From a virus (Duplodnaviria; Caudoviricetes): DNA of 56,835 bases. Position numbers and translations under genes: made by a program. A model generated the notes under the pieces. That model searched no databases. It had not been told where the DNA came from and was given only the letters and a program-made list of their open reading frames with translations. This document shows, piece by piece, positions 16,374 through 26,100 of the stretch (the stretch's first letter is position 1; each line of letters opens with the position of its first letter). The DNA lies in the IMG/VR virus record IMGVR_UViG_3300038825_001331, positions 1-56,835 of that record; one strand, 5' to 3'.

Positions 16374-17336
16374 ATGATGAGAAAGCTAAGCAAGAAACAA
16401 GTAGCGCTGTACTACAAGTACGGACACGATATTGTTAAATACAACCTGGGTCACCGAACCCTCGCTAAGATTAGTGGCTACTCAAAGCACGCATGTGACA
16501 GGGTTATTAAGTACACCCGGCAGCACGGGGCACCCAACCCCGACGACGCACCCGGAGGGAACATCTTGGTGATTGGCGATGCACACAGCCAGCCGGGAGT
16601 TGAGCAATCAAGGTTCACCCTTCTCGGCAAGGTCATCGAGGACCGAGGCCGACAGGCTATGGAAGAGGGCGTCGAGTTCACCGTAGTTAATATTGGTGAC
16701 TGGGCAGACATGGAGAGCCTAAGCAGCTACGACGTAGCCAAGCGCTCCTTTGAGGGCAGGCGATACAAACACGATGTGGCTGCAGCAATCGAGGCACAGG
16801 AGCTTATGTTTGCAGAGGTTAGCAAGGCCGTTAGGAGCTACACCCGGTGGGTACTGGTTCTTGGTAACCACGAGAATAGAATAAACCGAACCATAAACGA
16901 CGACCCTAAACTAGCAGGGTTCATGTCCGTGTCTGACCTCAAGTATGAGGAGTTTGGGTGGGAGCTATACCCTTTCAAAGAGGCCGCGAACGTACACGGC
17001 GTACACTTCGCCCACTACTTTGCCTCCGGGGTCATGGGCCGAGCAGTCAGCGGTGCTAACATTGGACGTTCCCTTATCCTCAAGACTCTTGAGAGTTGCG
17101 TTCAAGGGCACAGCCACATACTGAACCACGCCACGCTGACCACTGCGTCAGGTCGTCGCATGCACGGGCTATCCTGCGGGTGCTTTTTTGAGCACGAGGA
17201 GGGGTATGCCAGCACCGGCAACGCAATGTTCTGGAGGGGTCTGTGTTTCCTTAACAACGCCAAGGACGGAGACTATGAGCTGGAGACTATAACCATCAAG
17301 CGTCTTCGTAGAATGTACGATATGGAGTTGAAATGA
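16374..17336 (+). CDS. Calcineurin-like metallophosphoesterase with N-terminal HTH-like region
   Basis: GDAH, GDWAD, GNHE, AH and GHSH motifs. Confidence 0.85.
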   Translation: MMRKLSKKQVALYYKYGHDIVKYNLGHRTLAKISGYSKHACDRVIKYTRQHGAPNPDDAPGGNILVIGDAHSQPGVEQSRFTLLGKVIEDRGRQAMEEGVEFTVVNIGDWADMESLSSYDVAKRSFEGRRYKHDVAAAIEAQELMFAEVSKAVRSYTRWVLVLGNHENRINRTINDDPKLAGFMSVSDLKYEEFGWELYPFKEAANVHGVHFAHYFASGVMGRAVSGANIGRSLILKTLESCVQGHSHILNHATLTTASGRRMHGLSCGCFFEHEEGYASTGNAMFWRGLCFLNNAKDGDYELETITIKRLRRMYDMELK

Positions 17337-17476
17337 GTAGAGTAAAGCGCTTCATAAGCATAACCCTGGGTTTATTACTTTGGGCTTGTAAAAAAACACC
17401 GCCTCCTCCGAGGTTCCCTGAACTGCCTGATGATTCGGTAGACCTGCCAGAGGAGGACACCAGTGCCCATCTATGA
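17333..17476 (+). CDS. Small Pro-rich lipoprotein (47 aa), o-spanin-like candidate
   Basis: MSRVKRFISITLGLLLWAC-KKTPPPPRFPELP; lipobox-like LWAC; GGAG SD; ATGA overlap. Confidence 0.55.
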   Translation: MSRVKRFISITLGLLLWACKKTPPPPRFPELPDDSVDLPEEDTSAHL

Positions 17477-17666
17477 GTATCATTGCCCTCGATGTGGACA
17501 CACCACGGAGAAGATGCGTAAGGTTGCAAATAGGGACAAGCCCGTGGAATGCGAGGCCCCCTTCTGCGACAAGGACATGCCGCCGGTTCGTAAGATGAGT
17601 ATCACCAGCTTTTCCCTCAAAGGAGGGGGCTGGTATGCCGATGGTTATTCCTCAAAGAAACCTTGA
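17463..17666 (+). CDS. FmdB-family zinc-ribbon protein
   Basis: MPIYEYHCPRCGH...C....C...FSLKGGGWYADGY. Confidence 0.85.
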   Translation: MPIYEYHCPRCGHTTEKMRKVANRDKPVECEAPFCDKDMPPVRKMSITSFSLKGGGWYADGYSSKKP

Positions 17667-17691
17667 CAACTTAATATCATTGCGGTATATT
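17663..17691 (+). promoter_or_regulatory. Sigma70-type promoter
   Basis: TTGACA-17-TATATT; the -35 overlaps the TGA stop of the zinc-ribbon gene. Confidence 0.7.
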
Positions 17692-17718
17692 TACCCGACA
17701 CTTTAATAGGAGACCCCT

Positions 17719-18093
17719 ATGTTACTTGCAAGCCTTATTCGTTCCGCTGTTCAACTTCTACTCCCCAACGCAAAGCCCTGGGTTGCTGAGTTTTTCTCCC
17801 TTGCTGTTCCCGCAACCATTGAGCTGGTACAGGAGCTACAGTCCAGCAGCCTTCGTGGCTCTGCTAAGTTCCAGCTTGCGGTAAACGAGGTAGGTGAGCT
17901 ACTCGATGCGGCACTCGATGAGATTCCAGAGTGGACAAACCTAGAAGAAGAAAAGCGAGACGCCATCATTGGTGGCATGGTCGAACTTGCGGTGTTCATC
18001 TCCGCAGTAGTAGACGATAAGGGTAAGAGAGCATCCCGTAAGGACATGATAAAGGCTGTCCGTGCCGTTCGTTCTCTTCGTAAAAATCGTTAA
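17719..18093 (+). CDS. Hypothetical protein, possible holin-like protein
   Basis: AGGAG SD; hydrophobic N-terminus, G..K...A pattern and basic C-terminus. Confidence 0.5.
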   Translation: MLLASLIRSAVQLLLPNAKPWVAEFFSLAVPATIELVQELQSSSLRGSAKFQLAVNEVGELLDAALDEIPEWTNLEEEKRDAIIGGMVELAVFISAVVDDKGKRASRKDMIKAVRAVRSLRKNR

Positions 18094-18111
18094 TCTGTCT
18101 AACAAATAGAA

Positions 18112-18141
18112 CAAGCCCCCTTGGTTTTCCAAGGGGGCTTG
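18112..18141. terminator. Bidirectional terminator between the convergent arms
   Basis: Perfect 13-bp stem CAAGCCCCCTTGG-TTTT-CCAAGGGGGCTTG with A/T-rich flanks. Confidence 0.8.
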
Positions 18142-18159
18142 ATTTATTGGGTCTATATA

Positions 18160-18621
18160 TCAGGGTACGGGGTCACCGTCGCCATCAATTCCCACTACAA
18201 TCTTTGACGGAGCAAGCAGAACGGCTCCGGCACTAGCGTCCTTTGCAAGAACTTGTCCGACAACAATAGCATTTGGCTGTTCGGCAATAATCCAACCGCC
18301 CGTATTAGCGTTGTCATCATCAAGGTAGACAGGATACCCTACCGCCGCAGCGCTACTGGTGTCTACATCCTTAACAAGTTTGTGAGACAGAATAACTACT
18401 GTTTCGTCTGCACTCGCGGCATGCTTAGCAATGCCCATGATACCTTGCTGACGCCCAGCGACATCACTGGTAGCAAGACTAAATTTGATTTGATCACCGC
18501 TGTAACCGCTAGCGACTACGATGTCGTTTTCGGCAATAGCCTCACCAGCGATGCCAAGGAACGATCCATGGTACCCTTCTCCCCGTTCGGGATTCAGGTG
18601 CCGGCCTTTAATATAAGCCAT
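18160..18621 (-). CDS. Capsid cement/decoration-like protein (DUF2190-like)
   Basis: AGEAIAENDIV, GIA..AA, GYPVYL and VVGQVL pattern. Confidence 0.55.
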   Translation of the reverse strand: MAYIKGRHLNPERGEGYHGSFLGIAGEAIAENDIVVASGYSGDQIKFSLATSDVAGRQQGIMGIAKHAASADETVVILSHKLVKDVDTSSAAAVGYPVYLDDDNANTGGWIIAEQPNAIVVGQVLAKDASAGAVLLAPSKIVVGIDGDGDPVP

Positions 18622-18664
18622 GGTATTCTCCTAAATAGAAATGGCTGTGAATGAGGGATAACCA

Positions 18665-19048
18665 CTATCCCTGCAAAAGTTTTATTGTAACTGAGTTGGT
18701 CATAGAAGTTGTGCCAGCAGTCCCGCCTGCAGTAACCGCAACTACAGTTAGTGCGGCACTAAAGCTAACCTCTTGAGGAACGATATATGTAACCGTTGCT
18801 CCACCTGGGCAGGGAAGCACCATCTGCGGAGTCGTAGTTCCTACAGTTACATTCCCAGATTGGGCATTGTACAGCTTGACGTACACGGTGTCAGAGGGAT
18901 TACCGGTGTTTACAATCTCTACCTGTGCGAGGTCTGTCGCAGATGCGCTAATCTGGTCGGCTGTTACGGCCCCACCACCCGAAGTAGGGGTGATTGTATG
19001 CAGAGTAGCTGCAGCAGCAGCTCTTAGATTTTCACTAACAATCGACAT
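18665..19048 (-). CDS. Virion structural protein, paralog of 19057..19428
   Basis: VYVKLYNA...GTT.P...Y.VPQ..FS...GGTAGT.S shared with the neighbouring gene. Confidence 0.65.
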   Translation of the reverse strand: MSIVSENLRAAAAATLHTITPTSGGGAVTADQISASATDLAQVEIVNTGNPSDTVYVKLYNAQSGNVTVGTTTPQMVLPCPGGATVTYIVPQEVSFSAALTVVAVTAGGTAGTTSMTNSVTIKLLQG

Positions 19049-19056
19049 GGGGGCTC

Positions 19057-19428
19057 CTAGCTGTACACAAGACGTACAACAACGTCACCAGAGGGGGAAG
19101 AAGTACCAGCAGTACCACCGTGATCGGTAACGCAGGCAAAACTTATACCGGTAGAGAACCTTAACCCTTGCGGAATAACGTAAGAGATATTTTTGTCATC
19201 GTTGTCTGCCTTGAGAGACAGGTAAGGGACCGTAGTACCGTTGGTAGCAGACGTTGCGTCCCAAAAACGAACGTAAACAATGTTGCTTGCATTGTTGTCG
19301 TTGTCAATCTCAACAGAGTACAGAGTGGCTGCGCCCCCGGCGATGTTGGCCACCACCGTAGCAGTCGCGTCCGTCTCCACCGCCTGGTGGTAGGTAAGGG
19401 TAACTGATTTGGTAGATGTAAACGCCAT
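19057..19428 (-). CDS. Virion structural protein, paralog of 18665..19048
   Basis: VYVRFWDA...GTT.P...YVIPQG..FS...GGTAGT.S. Confidence 0.65.
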   Translation of the reverse strand: MAFTSTKSVTLTYHQAVETDATATVVANIAGGAATLYSVEIDNDNNASNIVYVRFWDATSATNGTTVPYLSLKADNDDKNISYVIPQGLRFSTGISFACVTDHGGTAGTSSPSGDVVVRLVYS

Positions 19429-19430
19429 GA

Positions 19431-19652
19431 CTACCCTCCAGAAGCTGTGATGATCGCGTCAATTTCTTTGGTCACGAGCCGACGCATTTCATCGTTACGG
19501 TCAACGTCACTGGCCCGTGAGTCTGGAACCCAGCATACGACGATTTTTCCAGAGCCAAGCCCTTCAACGTCTTCGCCGGTAGACTCGTCGTATGGCTCGA
19601 CGCTCTGCGGGTAGCAATCAATTGCGTAGATTACTTTTGGGTGTTCAGACAT
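19431..19652 (-). CDS. Hypothetical protein
   Basis: ATG 19652 overlaps the end of the upstream gene. Confidence 0.6.
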   Translation of the reverse strand: MSEHPKVIYAIDCYPQSVEPYDESTGEDVEGLGSGKIVVCWVPDSRASDVDRNDEMRRLVTKEIDAIITASGG

Positions 19653-20493
19653 CAACGCCCCCAACATATTTCTGGACAAGAAAATGGGTAATAGTGCAAG
19701 CCTCTGTTGTGCCACCACTGTAACGAGCTAATAACGCCGGACCAAAGTACGGACCCGTATTGCTGCTGCCGTCCCAATAGCCCTCATTAGAAGAGCTAAG
19801 GTGTGTCCGGTAATCTCTACCGTAAGCGATAGTGGTGAACGCGCTGTCACTTGGTAGCCGCGGAATGAATTGGGGGTTTTCAATAATGCCCATTTCCCAT
19901 CGGCCAGTCTCGGGTCGCATGAACAGCTGAATGCAAAGAGATGACGGCTCGTTGCTCGCAACGTCGGGACTGTTGGAATTGCTGCCGGAAGCATAGGGCG
20001 CGCCTGTCCGTTGAGCTAAGTGATACTCGTTATTAGAGGAAGTCTCGCGTCGGTAGGTGGCTTTAAGCATTGGAATACGTTGAGTGTCTTCCCAAGGGTG
20101 CCCAGTGGCCACCAGCTTTACAGCATCCAGATTGCTGCGAAAGGTAATGGAGTTGACAATCATCACCACACGAAAGCAGGGCCAGCCACCTGTTTCCAGC
20201 TTCTCTATTCCTGTCCCCTTAAAGAGAAAGTTAGAATGCTTGTTAGAAGCTGAAGCATTGCTAAAGTTGCAAACCAAACCGGTGCCGTTGACGATCGCAC
20301 AACTTGCGTTGTTCGCTGTATCCCACACGTTGTTCATCCAAAACGTATGACCAGCAACCGTGTTTTCGCTGTTCTTGGTCATGGTCTGGTTTGGCAACTG
20401 CGTAAAGTCAATGTTGCAAACGTTAACCCAGCCACCCTCACGGCGGCGGGGTCGCATGCTGACAGCAGCGGTGTCTCGGTTTCTTCTGCTCAT
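19645..20493 (-). CDS. Putative tail / receptor-binding structural protein
   Basis: Beta-rich, S/T/N-rich; lies in the tail module. Confidence 0.5.
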   Translation of the reverse strand: MSRRNRDTAAVSMRPRRREGGWVNVCNIDFTQLPNQTMTKNSENTVAGHTFWMNNVWDTANNASCAIVNGTGLVCNFSNASASNKHSNFLFKGTGIEKLETGGWPCFRVVMIVNSITFRSNLDAVKLVATGHPWEDTQRIPMLKATYRRETSSNNEYHLAQRTGAPYASGSNSNSPDVASNEPSSLCIQLFMRPETGRWEMGIIENPQFIPRLPSDSAFTTIAYGRDYRTHLSSSNEGYWDGSSNTGPYFGPALLARYSGGTTEACTITHFLVQKYVGGVDV

Positions 20494-20849
20494 TAGCTAA
20501 TCCTGTTCACAAAACCGTGAATCATTAGCTTGTTAGCAACACTCGCATAGGCTTTGATGTAAAGTGAATTTTGAAGCAATAAACCAGGTACAACCTGAAT
20601 TAAACCAGACTGACCAGGAATGGTTACCTGAATGTAGCCGTCTTCTTCGTCGGTATTATCGCCCCAGGTCAGAGTCAATAAAATGTCTCCCGTTTGCACA
20701 TTCTGGCAATACAACCATACCTCGTCTAAACTTGAAGTTCCTGATACAGCTTGGTGAATAGTAACAGCAGAGCCATGAGCGTCAGCTGTAACGTCAATAG
20801 ATTTGCCGTTCGTGCTGCCAGACAGAAGCGTTTTTGTGAATGTTGCCAT
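20493..20849 (-). CDS. Conserved virion structural protein
   Basis: MATFTK.LLSGSTNGK.I...DEVWLY...GFVNRI, a family I recall from aquatic phage tail modules. Confidence 0.65.
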   Translation of the reverse strand: MATFTKTLLSGSTNGKSIDVTADAHGSAVTIHQAVSGTSSLDEVWLYCQNVQTGDILLTLTWGDNTDEEDGYIQVTIPGQSGLIQVVPGLLLQNSLYIKAYASVANKLMIHGFVNRIS

Positions 20850-20858
20850 TTTGAATTC

Positions 20859-21434
20859 CTATGTAAAGACTTGAACTGCGAGAATGTTTTGGTCGTCGTC
20901 AACAGCAGAGCCGCCACCACCACCAGATGCAGCCAAAACACCGTTAGAAGCTGTCAAATTCGTGCCCGCGATAGCCGCAACAAAATCAGCGATAGACTCT
21001 TTCTTTGAGTTGTTGCTGTCGTTGGCGTCAATAAACCCAAAGCTGTCAGCAGACACGTCAATAGTGCCAGCGCTAAGGCCATTCAAATCAACAGACCCGC
21101 CAGCCGCAGCAGAGGCGACCCACTTCGACCCATCCCAGGTCAAAACCTCGTCGCTGCTTGGAGTGTCTTGGCCTATTTTCGTTACGTTTCCAGAGCCATC
21201 AAATGTGATTGCAGCAGTGCCGCCTGCCTCTTTGAGTGAGCCGCCATCGTCGATGATGATGTCACCGCTCAGCGTCACATCGCCGGCTACATCGAGTGCA
21301 GTAGAAGGGGTGATAGTGCCAACACCGACCCTATTATTAGTTTCATCGACGCTGAGAGTTCCTCCATCAACTTCTAGATCATCGGATGTAACCTTATGCG
21401 CGGTAACGTTCTTTTTTGGAAATGCGCGAGCCAT
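20859..21434 (-). CDS. Tail fibre-like protein
   Basis: NNRVGVGT.TPSTALDVAGD and VLTWDGSKWV fibre motifs; Gly-rich linkers. Confidence 0.7.
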   Translation of the reverse strand: MARAFPKKNVTAHKVTSDDLEVDGGTLSVDETNNRVGVGTITPSTALDVAGDVTLSGDIIIDDGGSLKEAGGTAAITFDGSGNVTKIGQDTPSSDEVLTWDGSKWVASAAAGGSVDLNGLSAGTIDVSADSFGFIDANDSNNSKKESIADFVAAIAGTNLTASNGVLAASGGGGGSAVDDDQNILAVQVFT

Positions 21435-21442
21435 ATCTATCC

Positions 21443-21841
21443 CTACTGTTGAATCCTAAAGTCCATGCGAACAGCAAAAGTTCCGGTTACACCAGAGCCA
21501 CTAGCGCTGGGGCGAGGCAAAAGGTACAGATAAAGGTCGTCATCGGAGTCACTACTAAGAGTGTCAAACAGGGCACCAATCGCTGTTTCTCTGACAGGTA
21601 AGGAAGCCGCACCGCTTGCTGCAAGAGTCTCCTCATAAATTAAATACTCTGCGTCACTATTCCCTGTCTTCAACCGCACCTGAATATCAACATGCGTGGC
21701 CGTCCCGGCGGTCTTTCTAATAACCAAGGTATCTAGAATTCCACGGGTTTTAGAACCAACAATGGTACCTGTCTCTGTTCCACTAGCAGAGGCAGTGATA
21801 GTAAAATGCCTAGAATAAATTAAATTGGCAGACTTAGCCAT
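21443..21841 (-). CDS. Putative structural protein
   Basis: 132 aa beta-rich; GGAG SD; own promoter. Confidence 0.6.
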   Translation of the reverse strand: MAKSANLIYSRHFTITASASGTETGTIVGSKTRGILDTLVIRKTAGTATHVDIQVRLKTGNSDAEYLIYEETLAASGAASLPVRETAIGALFDTLSSDSDDDLYLYLLPRPSASGSGVTGTFAVRMDFRIQQ

Positions 21842-21880
21842 AGGATGCTCCTGCAGGAGAGTAATGTGTACACGATGCTG

Positions 21881-21909
21881 ACCTTAACACACAGAAAGCG
21901 CTGTGTCAA
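21881..21909 (-). promoter_or_regulatory. Minus-arm promoter
   Basis: TTGACA-cagcgctttctgtgtgt-TAAGGT. Confidence 0.65.
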
Positions 21910-21910
21910 G

Positions 21911-22210
21911 TTATGCCTGTTTAATGTTATCTACCGCTTGTTCCAGGTCTCTTACTCTAAGCCCTACGTTGGTTACTTCTCCCTGCAAAGACTGAATAGC
22001 AGAGGCACACTGGTGCATGCTGTCGCTCAATTTTAGCATCGTCTCTTGATACATCTTTCGATCTTCTCGGTGCTCTTCTAAGGTAGCGTCTATGCGAGGA
22101 AGAATAGCCCGCATAAACACCCGGTAAAGCCCGTATAACAAGATGACACTAAGAACAAATCCCCCCGCAGGTCCGACAAGAAGAGGCAGAGAGTCTGAGA
22201 GGGAAACCAT
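21911..22210 (-). CDS. Single-TM protein with coiled coil, holin or i-spanin candidate
   Basis: Hydrophobic LLVGPAGGFVLSVILLYGLY followed by a heptad-like C-terminus. Confidence 0.55.
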   Translation of the reverse strand: MVSLSDSLPLLVGPAGGFVLSVILLYGLYRVFMRAILPRIDATLEEHREDRKMYQETMLKLSDSMHQCASAIQSLQGEVTNVGLRVRDLEQAVDNIKQA

Positions 22211-22218
22211 TTGTGCTC

Positions 22219-23007
22219 CTAAAATAAACGATAGAATACGGTAATACTTAGTGACCCCTCTCCGTCACCCTTTAGCTTACCGCCTTTTAAACCTAAACAC
22301 ACCCCAGTGTTTTCCGGGGCAACAATAGATGCAGACCGCATAATGCCTACAGAGCTAGAAGATACAATAGCTTTTGCGGGAAGGGGAGCAGCAGCTTCTC
22401 TACGTCCACCAGAGTAACGCAGGACAAAGCTAGTGTTTTGAGCAGCATCAAAAGGCGTATTGATTGCGGTACGAAGCTCTACAGACTCAACAACAATGGC
22501 GCCCTGTTCTTCTGGAACAACTAGAATCGGCGCTTCATTAAGGTCACTCAGTGATACAAAAGCCGTAGCGGTTAACTGACCACTATCAGAGGCTACTGAC
22601 TTTCCATCTGCACTATCTGCAATCCAGTTGGCGTTGGGGTCTACAAGAATATATCCCTCTCGTAGTACCTGACCAACGGCCCTGCCACGAGGAGACACAG
22701 TAAAATCACCGTTGTCATCCATGTAAATATACGACCCAATAGGAGCGTCTCCCGTATCTCGTTCAGCTTGAGCCCACTCTACTGCTTCCCCCTCCATTCC
22801 TGGCAGTAGTCTAATATGCGCTACAAGCAAACGGCCCTTACTTTGTGGGGTAGCTTTCTTTACCGTAGGCTTTCCTAGGTGTTGGCTACTTACAATTTCC
22901 ACAATGTTGCCGCGCTCAATAGGTTTATCGTCGTCGCTTTTTACACGTCTACGACCTAAAAAATTATAGATAGTGTCGGGGTCTAAACGTCTTGGCTTAA
23001 TTCCCAT
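22219..23007 (-). CDS. Putative structural protein
   Basis: GGAGG SD before ATG 23007; N-terminal half has a cement-like G..IY....G...VGQV pattern. Confidence 0.55.
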   Translation of the reverse strand: MGIKPRRLDPDTIYNFLGRRRVKSDDDKPIERGNIVEIVSSQHLGKPTVKKATPQSKGRLLVAHIRLLPGMEGEAVEWAQAERDTGDAPIGSYIYMDDNGDFTVSPRGRAVGQVLREGYILVDPNANWIADSADGKSVASDSGQLTATAFVSLSDLNEAPILVVPEEQGAIVVESVELRTAINTPFDAAQNTSFVLRYSGGRREAAAPLPAKAIVSSSSVGIMRSASIVAPENTGVCLGLKGGKLKGDGEGSLSITVFYRLF

Positions 23008-23080
23008 GGTTGCCTCCTTCATCTCCTAGCAGGGCTTTGCTAGGGCTGGGTTTCAGGTACGTTACGAAATGTAACATCGG

Positions 23081-23109
23081 ATTATAACGCTTGGTGTTCT
23101 ATATGTCAA
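23081..23109 (-). promoter_or_regulatory. Consensus sigma70 promoter
   Basis: TTGACA-17-TATAAT. Confidence 0.85.
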
Positions 23110-23118
23110 CCCCGTTTT

Positions 23119-26100
23119 TTATTCTCCTGTAACCAGTTTATTTATAAACGCCGCTTTTCTTGCCTCTTCAGCCGTAGTAGTTTTACGCCTGTCTTCCCTA
23201 GGCATACCAATAGGTATGCGAGACTCTAAGTCCTGCTGACGTTGCTGCATTCGGAACTCGTAAGACTCCAAAGACGGCCCCCTAAGTGCCCCTTCTCCTG
23301 CAATCTGTCCTCCAGGCATAGTGCCAGTAACTCTTTCTAGATAGTCTTGCACTTCATTATCAAACTGTGCTTCTCTGTAACCCTTTTCTAATTCTGGATT
23401 TACAAAATGCCGTTTATAAACACCCGCGTTTTGTCTAAACCAGTAGTCTGCGGCTTCCTTAGTGTTCATATCCAGTGCTTCAGATTCTATAATTGGGTCC
23501 AGCTTTCTAGCTACAGGCAAAAGAAGCAAGGATAATACAGACTTTGTGGCGGGGGACACGCGCATTGCATAGGGTCTATCTTCCCTGTACATTTCAGCTT
23601 TAGGCCACCAATCAAAAGCAGCCTCAAGGTGTTGTTGTACCAACCGATGTGCTGGAGAATACAAAGGAACGCGCCTGTCGTCGTCCATTATATTTTCAGC
23701 AGACGTTTCTAAAAAGTAGCTCTCTATTAGCGACTTAGCTATAGGGTTAGACCTCGCTGCAACTTCTTTGGCAACTCCCTCAGAAAAGAAATCTCCTGCG
23801 GTAAAGTCGTCGTCCATACTTGCCCGAAGACCCAAAGCAGAAATGTTGTACAAAGACTCGATGACTGATTGCGGTGTAGGTGCTGGTAAACTTTCTACAA
23901 ACGCAGTAGCATCCCGCCCCGTTGTTGCCATTAGTGCCAATCGTTGTGCTTGAGTAAGCTGTCCACCGCCCGCAAATGTACGGGAGCTTAGTCTTGCCCA
24001 CCCAGGGCGCTCTACTCCTGCTTCCTCTAGTCCAGGGTCTTCGATAAATGTTCTATGCGCCCTATCGTACATATTTATTCTAGCCATAGCAAAGGCATCG
24101 GGGTGCAAAGGAGAGGTTCTAAGGATGCTATTAACAAAGCCACGACCGCCCACGGTGCTTCTTCCGCCGCGTCCCGCTCCTGCTAAGGCAGGCTGGAATA
24201 AATGGTTTAGCCCTCTCATAAACGAAAGTTTATGGAAGTTGTAAAACATAAACAGATACTTTACGGCTGCTGTTTCTGCATCTGTAGTAGCAAATGCCCA
24301 ATCATACAGGGAGTTCTGCATTATTTGGGCAGACCTGCCCTTGCTGTACCCCTTATTAAAACGAAGGTAATTATATAGCGTTACCCTTTGCAAAATCTCT
24401 AAGTGATTAAACATGTGCGCAGACATTTCTAACGGCTTTGTTAACACTCTGGTAGGCTTCAACCAATTTGGGGGCTTCACTCCTGGAATTTCTGAAAGCG
24501 CCTTTTGCAGAAAACCCATCTTGTTGCTGGCCCTTATGCTGGCGGGTGCGATGCTGCCGCTGAGACTTGTAAAAGCACCGGCCTCAACAAGCTCCATACG
24601 AAAAGCCCCTACGGTCATTTTTTCGCCGCTAGGCAGCGTCAATATTTTATCACCTTTAAGCATGTTAGGATTCATTAGGGCGGCAGTTCTGGCGTCAACC
24701 ATGGCTAAGCTAGGATGAGGCAGCACCAGCTCAGCAACAAACTTGTCGTACTTAGAAGCAAGTTTAGGGCCAATAACAGGTAACTTTGTTAAAGCAGGAA
24801 CAGCAGCACCAACCGTAGCACCCCCAACTACTTGCAATGCAGGAACTAAACCCGCCTCAGCAAACACCTGAGTAAAGTTTCCGTAAGTCATATTGAAATA
24901 GTAACCAATGTGGAAAGCGCCTGTCGTCATCATACGCAAGACATTGGTCCACATACCTGAAATATCCTCAAGCAACATTTTGGGTAGGGTCTTATCTACT
25001 ACTTTGTAATACTGCTCAGTGTTTTTTATGGTGTTTTTTAATGTTGCTATCGTTTGCTCAACCACCCGTTGATTAAGAAATGTGTAGCCTCCATCCTTTT
25101 TCACCAGACTAATGGCTAAACCGGTTTTATTTCCAGCATCGGTCCAAACCTTAGATAGTCTAGGTGGTATTCCAAGTTTAGTTGCCACCTCTGCAATCTC
25201 TTTAAATGTGCCCGGTAGTGCTGCCGCCTCGCCTTGTTGTAGCATAGCAAGCCCTTTAATGGCATCATCGGATAAATGAGATGTTATGCTAGCAACTCTA
25301 CTTAAACCAGACTCAAGAGCACCAGCGGTTAGAAGAGTCTGAGCAAGAATAGTCTTTGCATACAGAGCATTGTGCATAGCGGCGACGGTAGGTTTTTCTC
25401 CTTTAGCTATTGCTGCCGCATAGGCACCTATAGCGGTGCCCTTACCTATTTTATCGTTGTTTGTGACTTTTTGCACTACGTCTATAAGGTCTTCCCACTT
25501 CTTAACCTTATCGCCCATAATTGCTTTTCTTACTTCAGAGACTATAAACTCTGCTTGTGTGATCTGACTTGCGCTGTTAGGATACATTTGAGCGTTATAG
25601 CTCCCTGGGGGGCCTTTTGCAAGAAAGGCTCTGCCTAAAGCAGCAAACATCTCATCAGCTTGAGCCTTCATTACCTCGTCTGACGAGTCTCCTATTCTTT
25701 TAAGAAAAGTAATCCCCCTGTTAAATACACTATCTCCTGTCTCTACTTTGTCAGAAACAAAGGCTGCAAGCCTATCAAATCTTTTTTCAAGTTTACCGCT
25801 TGTAGCAATAAAGGTAAGCCTATCGGAATGGTATTTTCTTACATACTCAATTCCTTTCATTATGTCGGTTATTTCTTTATTACCAAACCCAACCTTGTAT
25901 AAATAGGGCTCAGTAAACGCAGCAACGGTAGCCTTTATACTGCCGATACGCATAAACCTTGCGCCTAGTCTGTGGAACAGCCCCTTAACCATGGCGGGAT
26001 TATGCCTGGCTAAGTCACCAACATCAAGCAAAGTAGCCGCAGCTACCGCGCCTCCTCGATCAGCAACCATTATAGAATGGGCTTCGCTTGTAAGAGTTTC

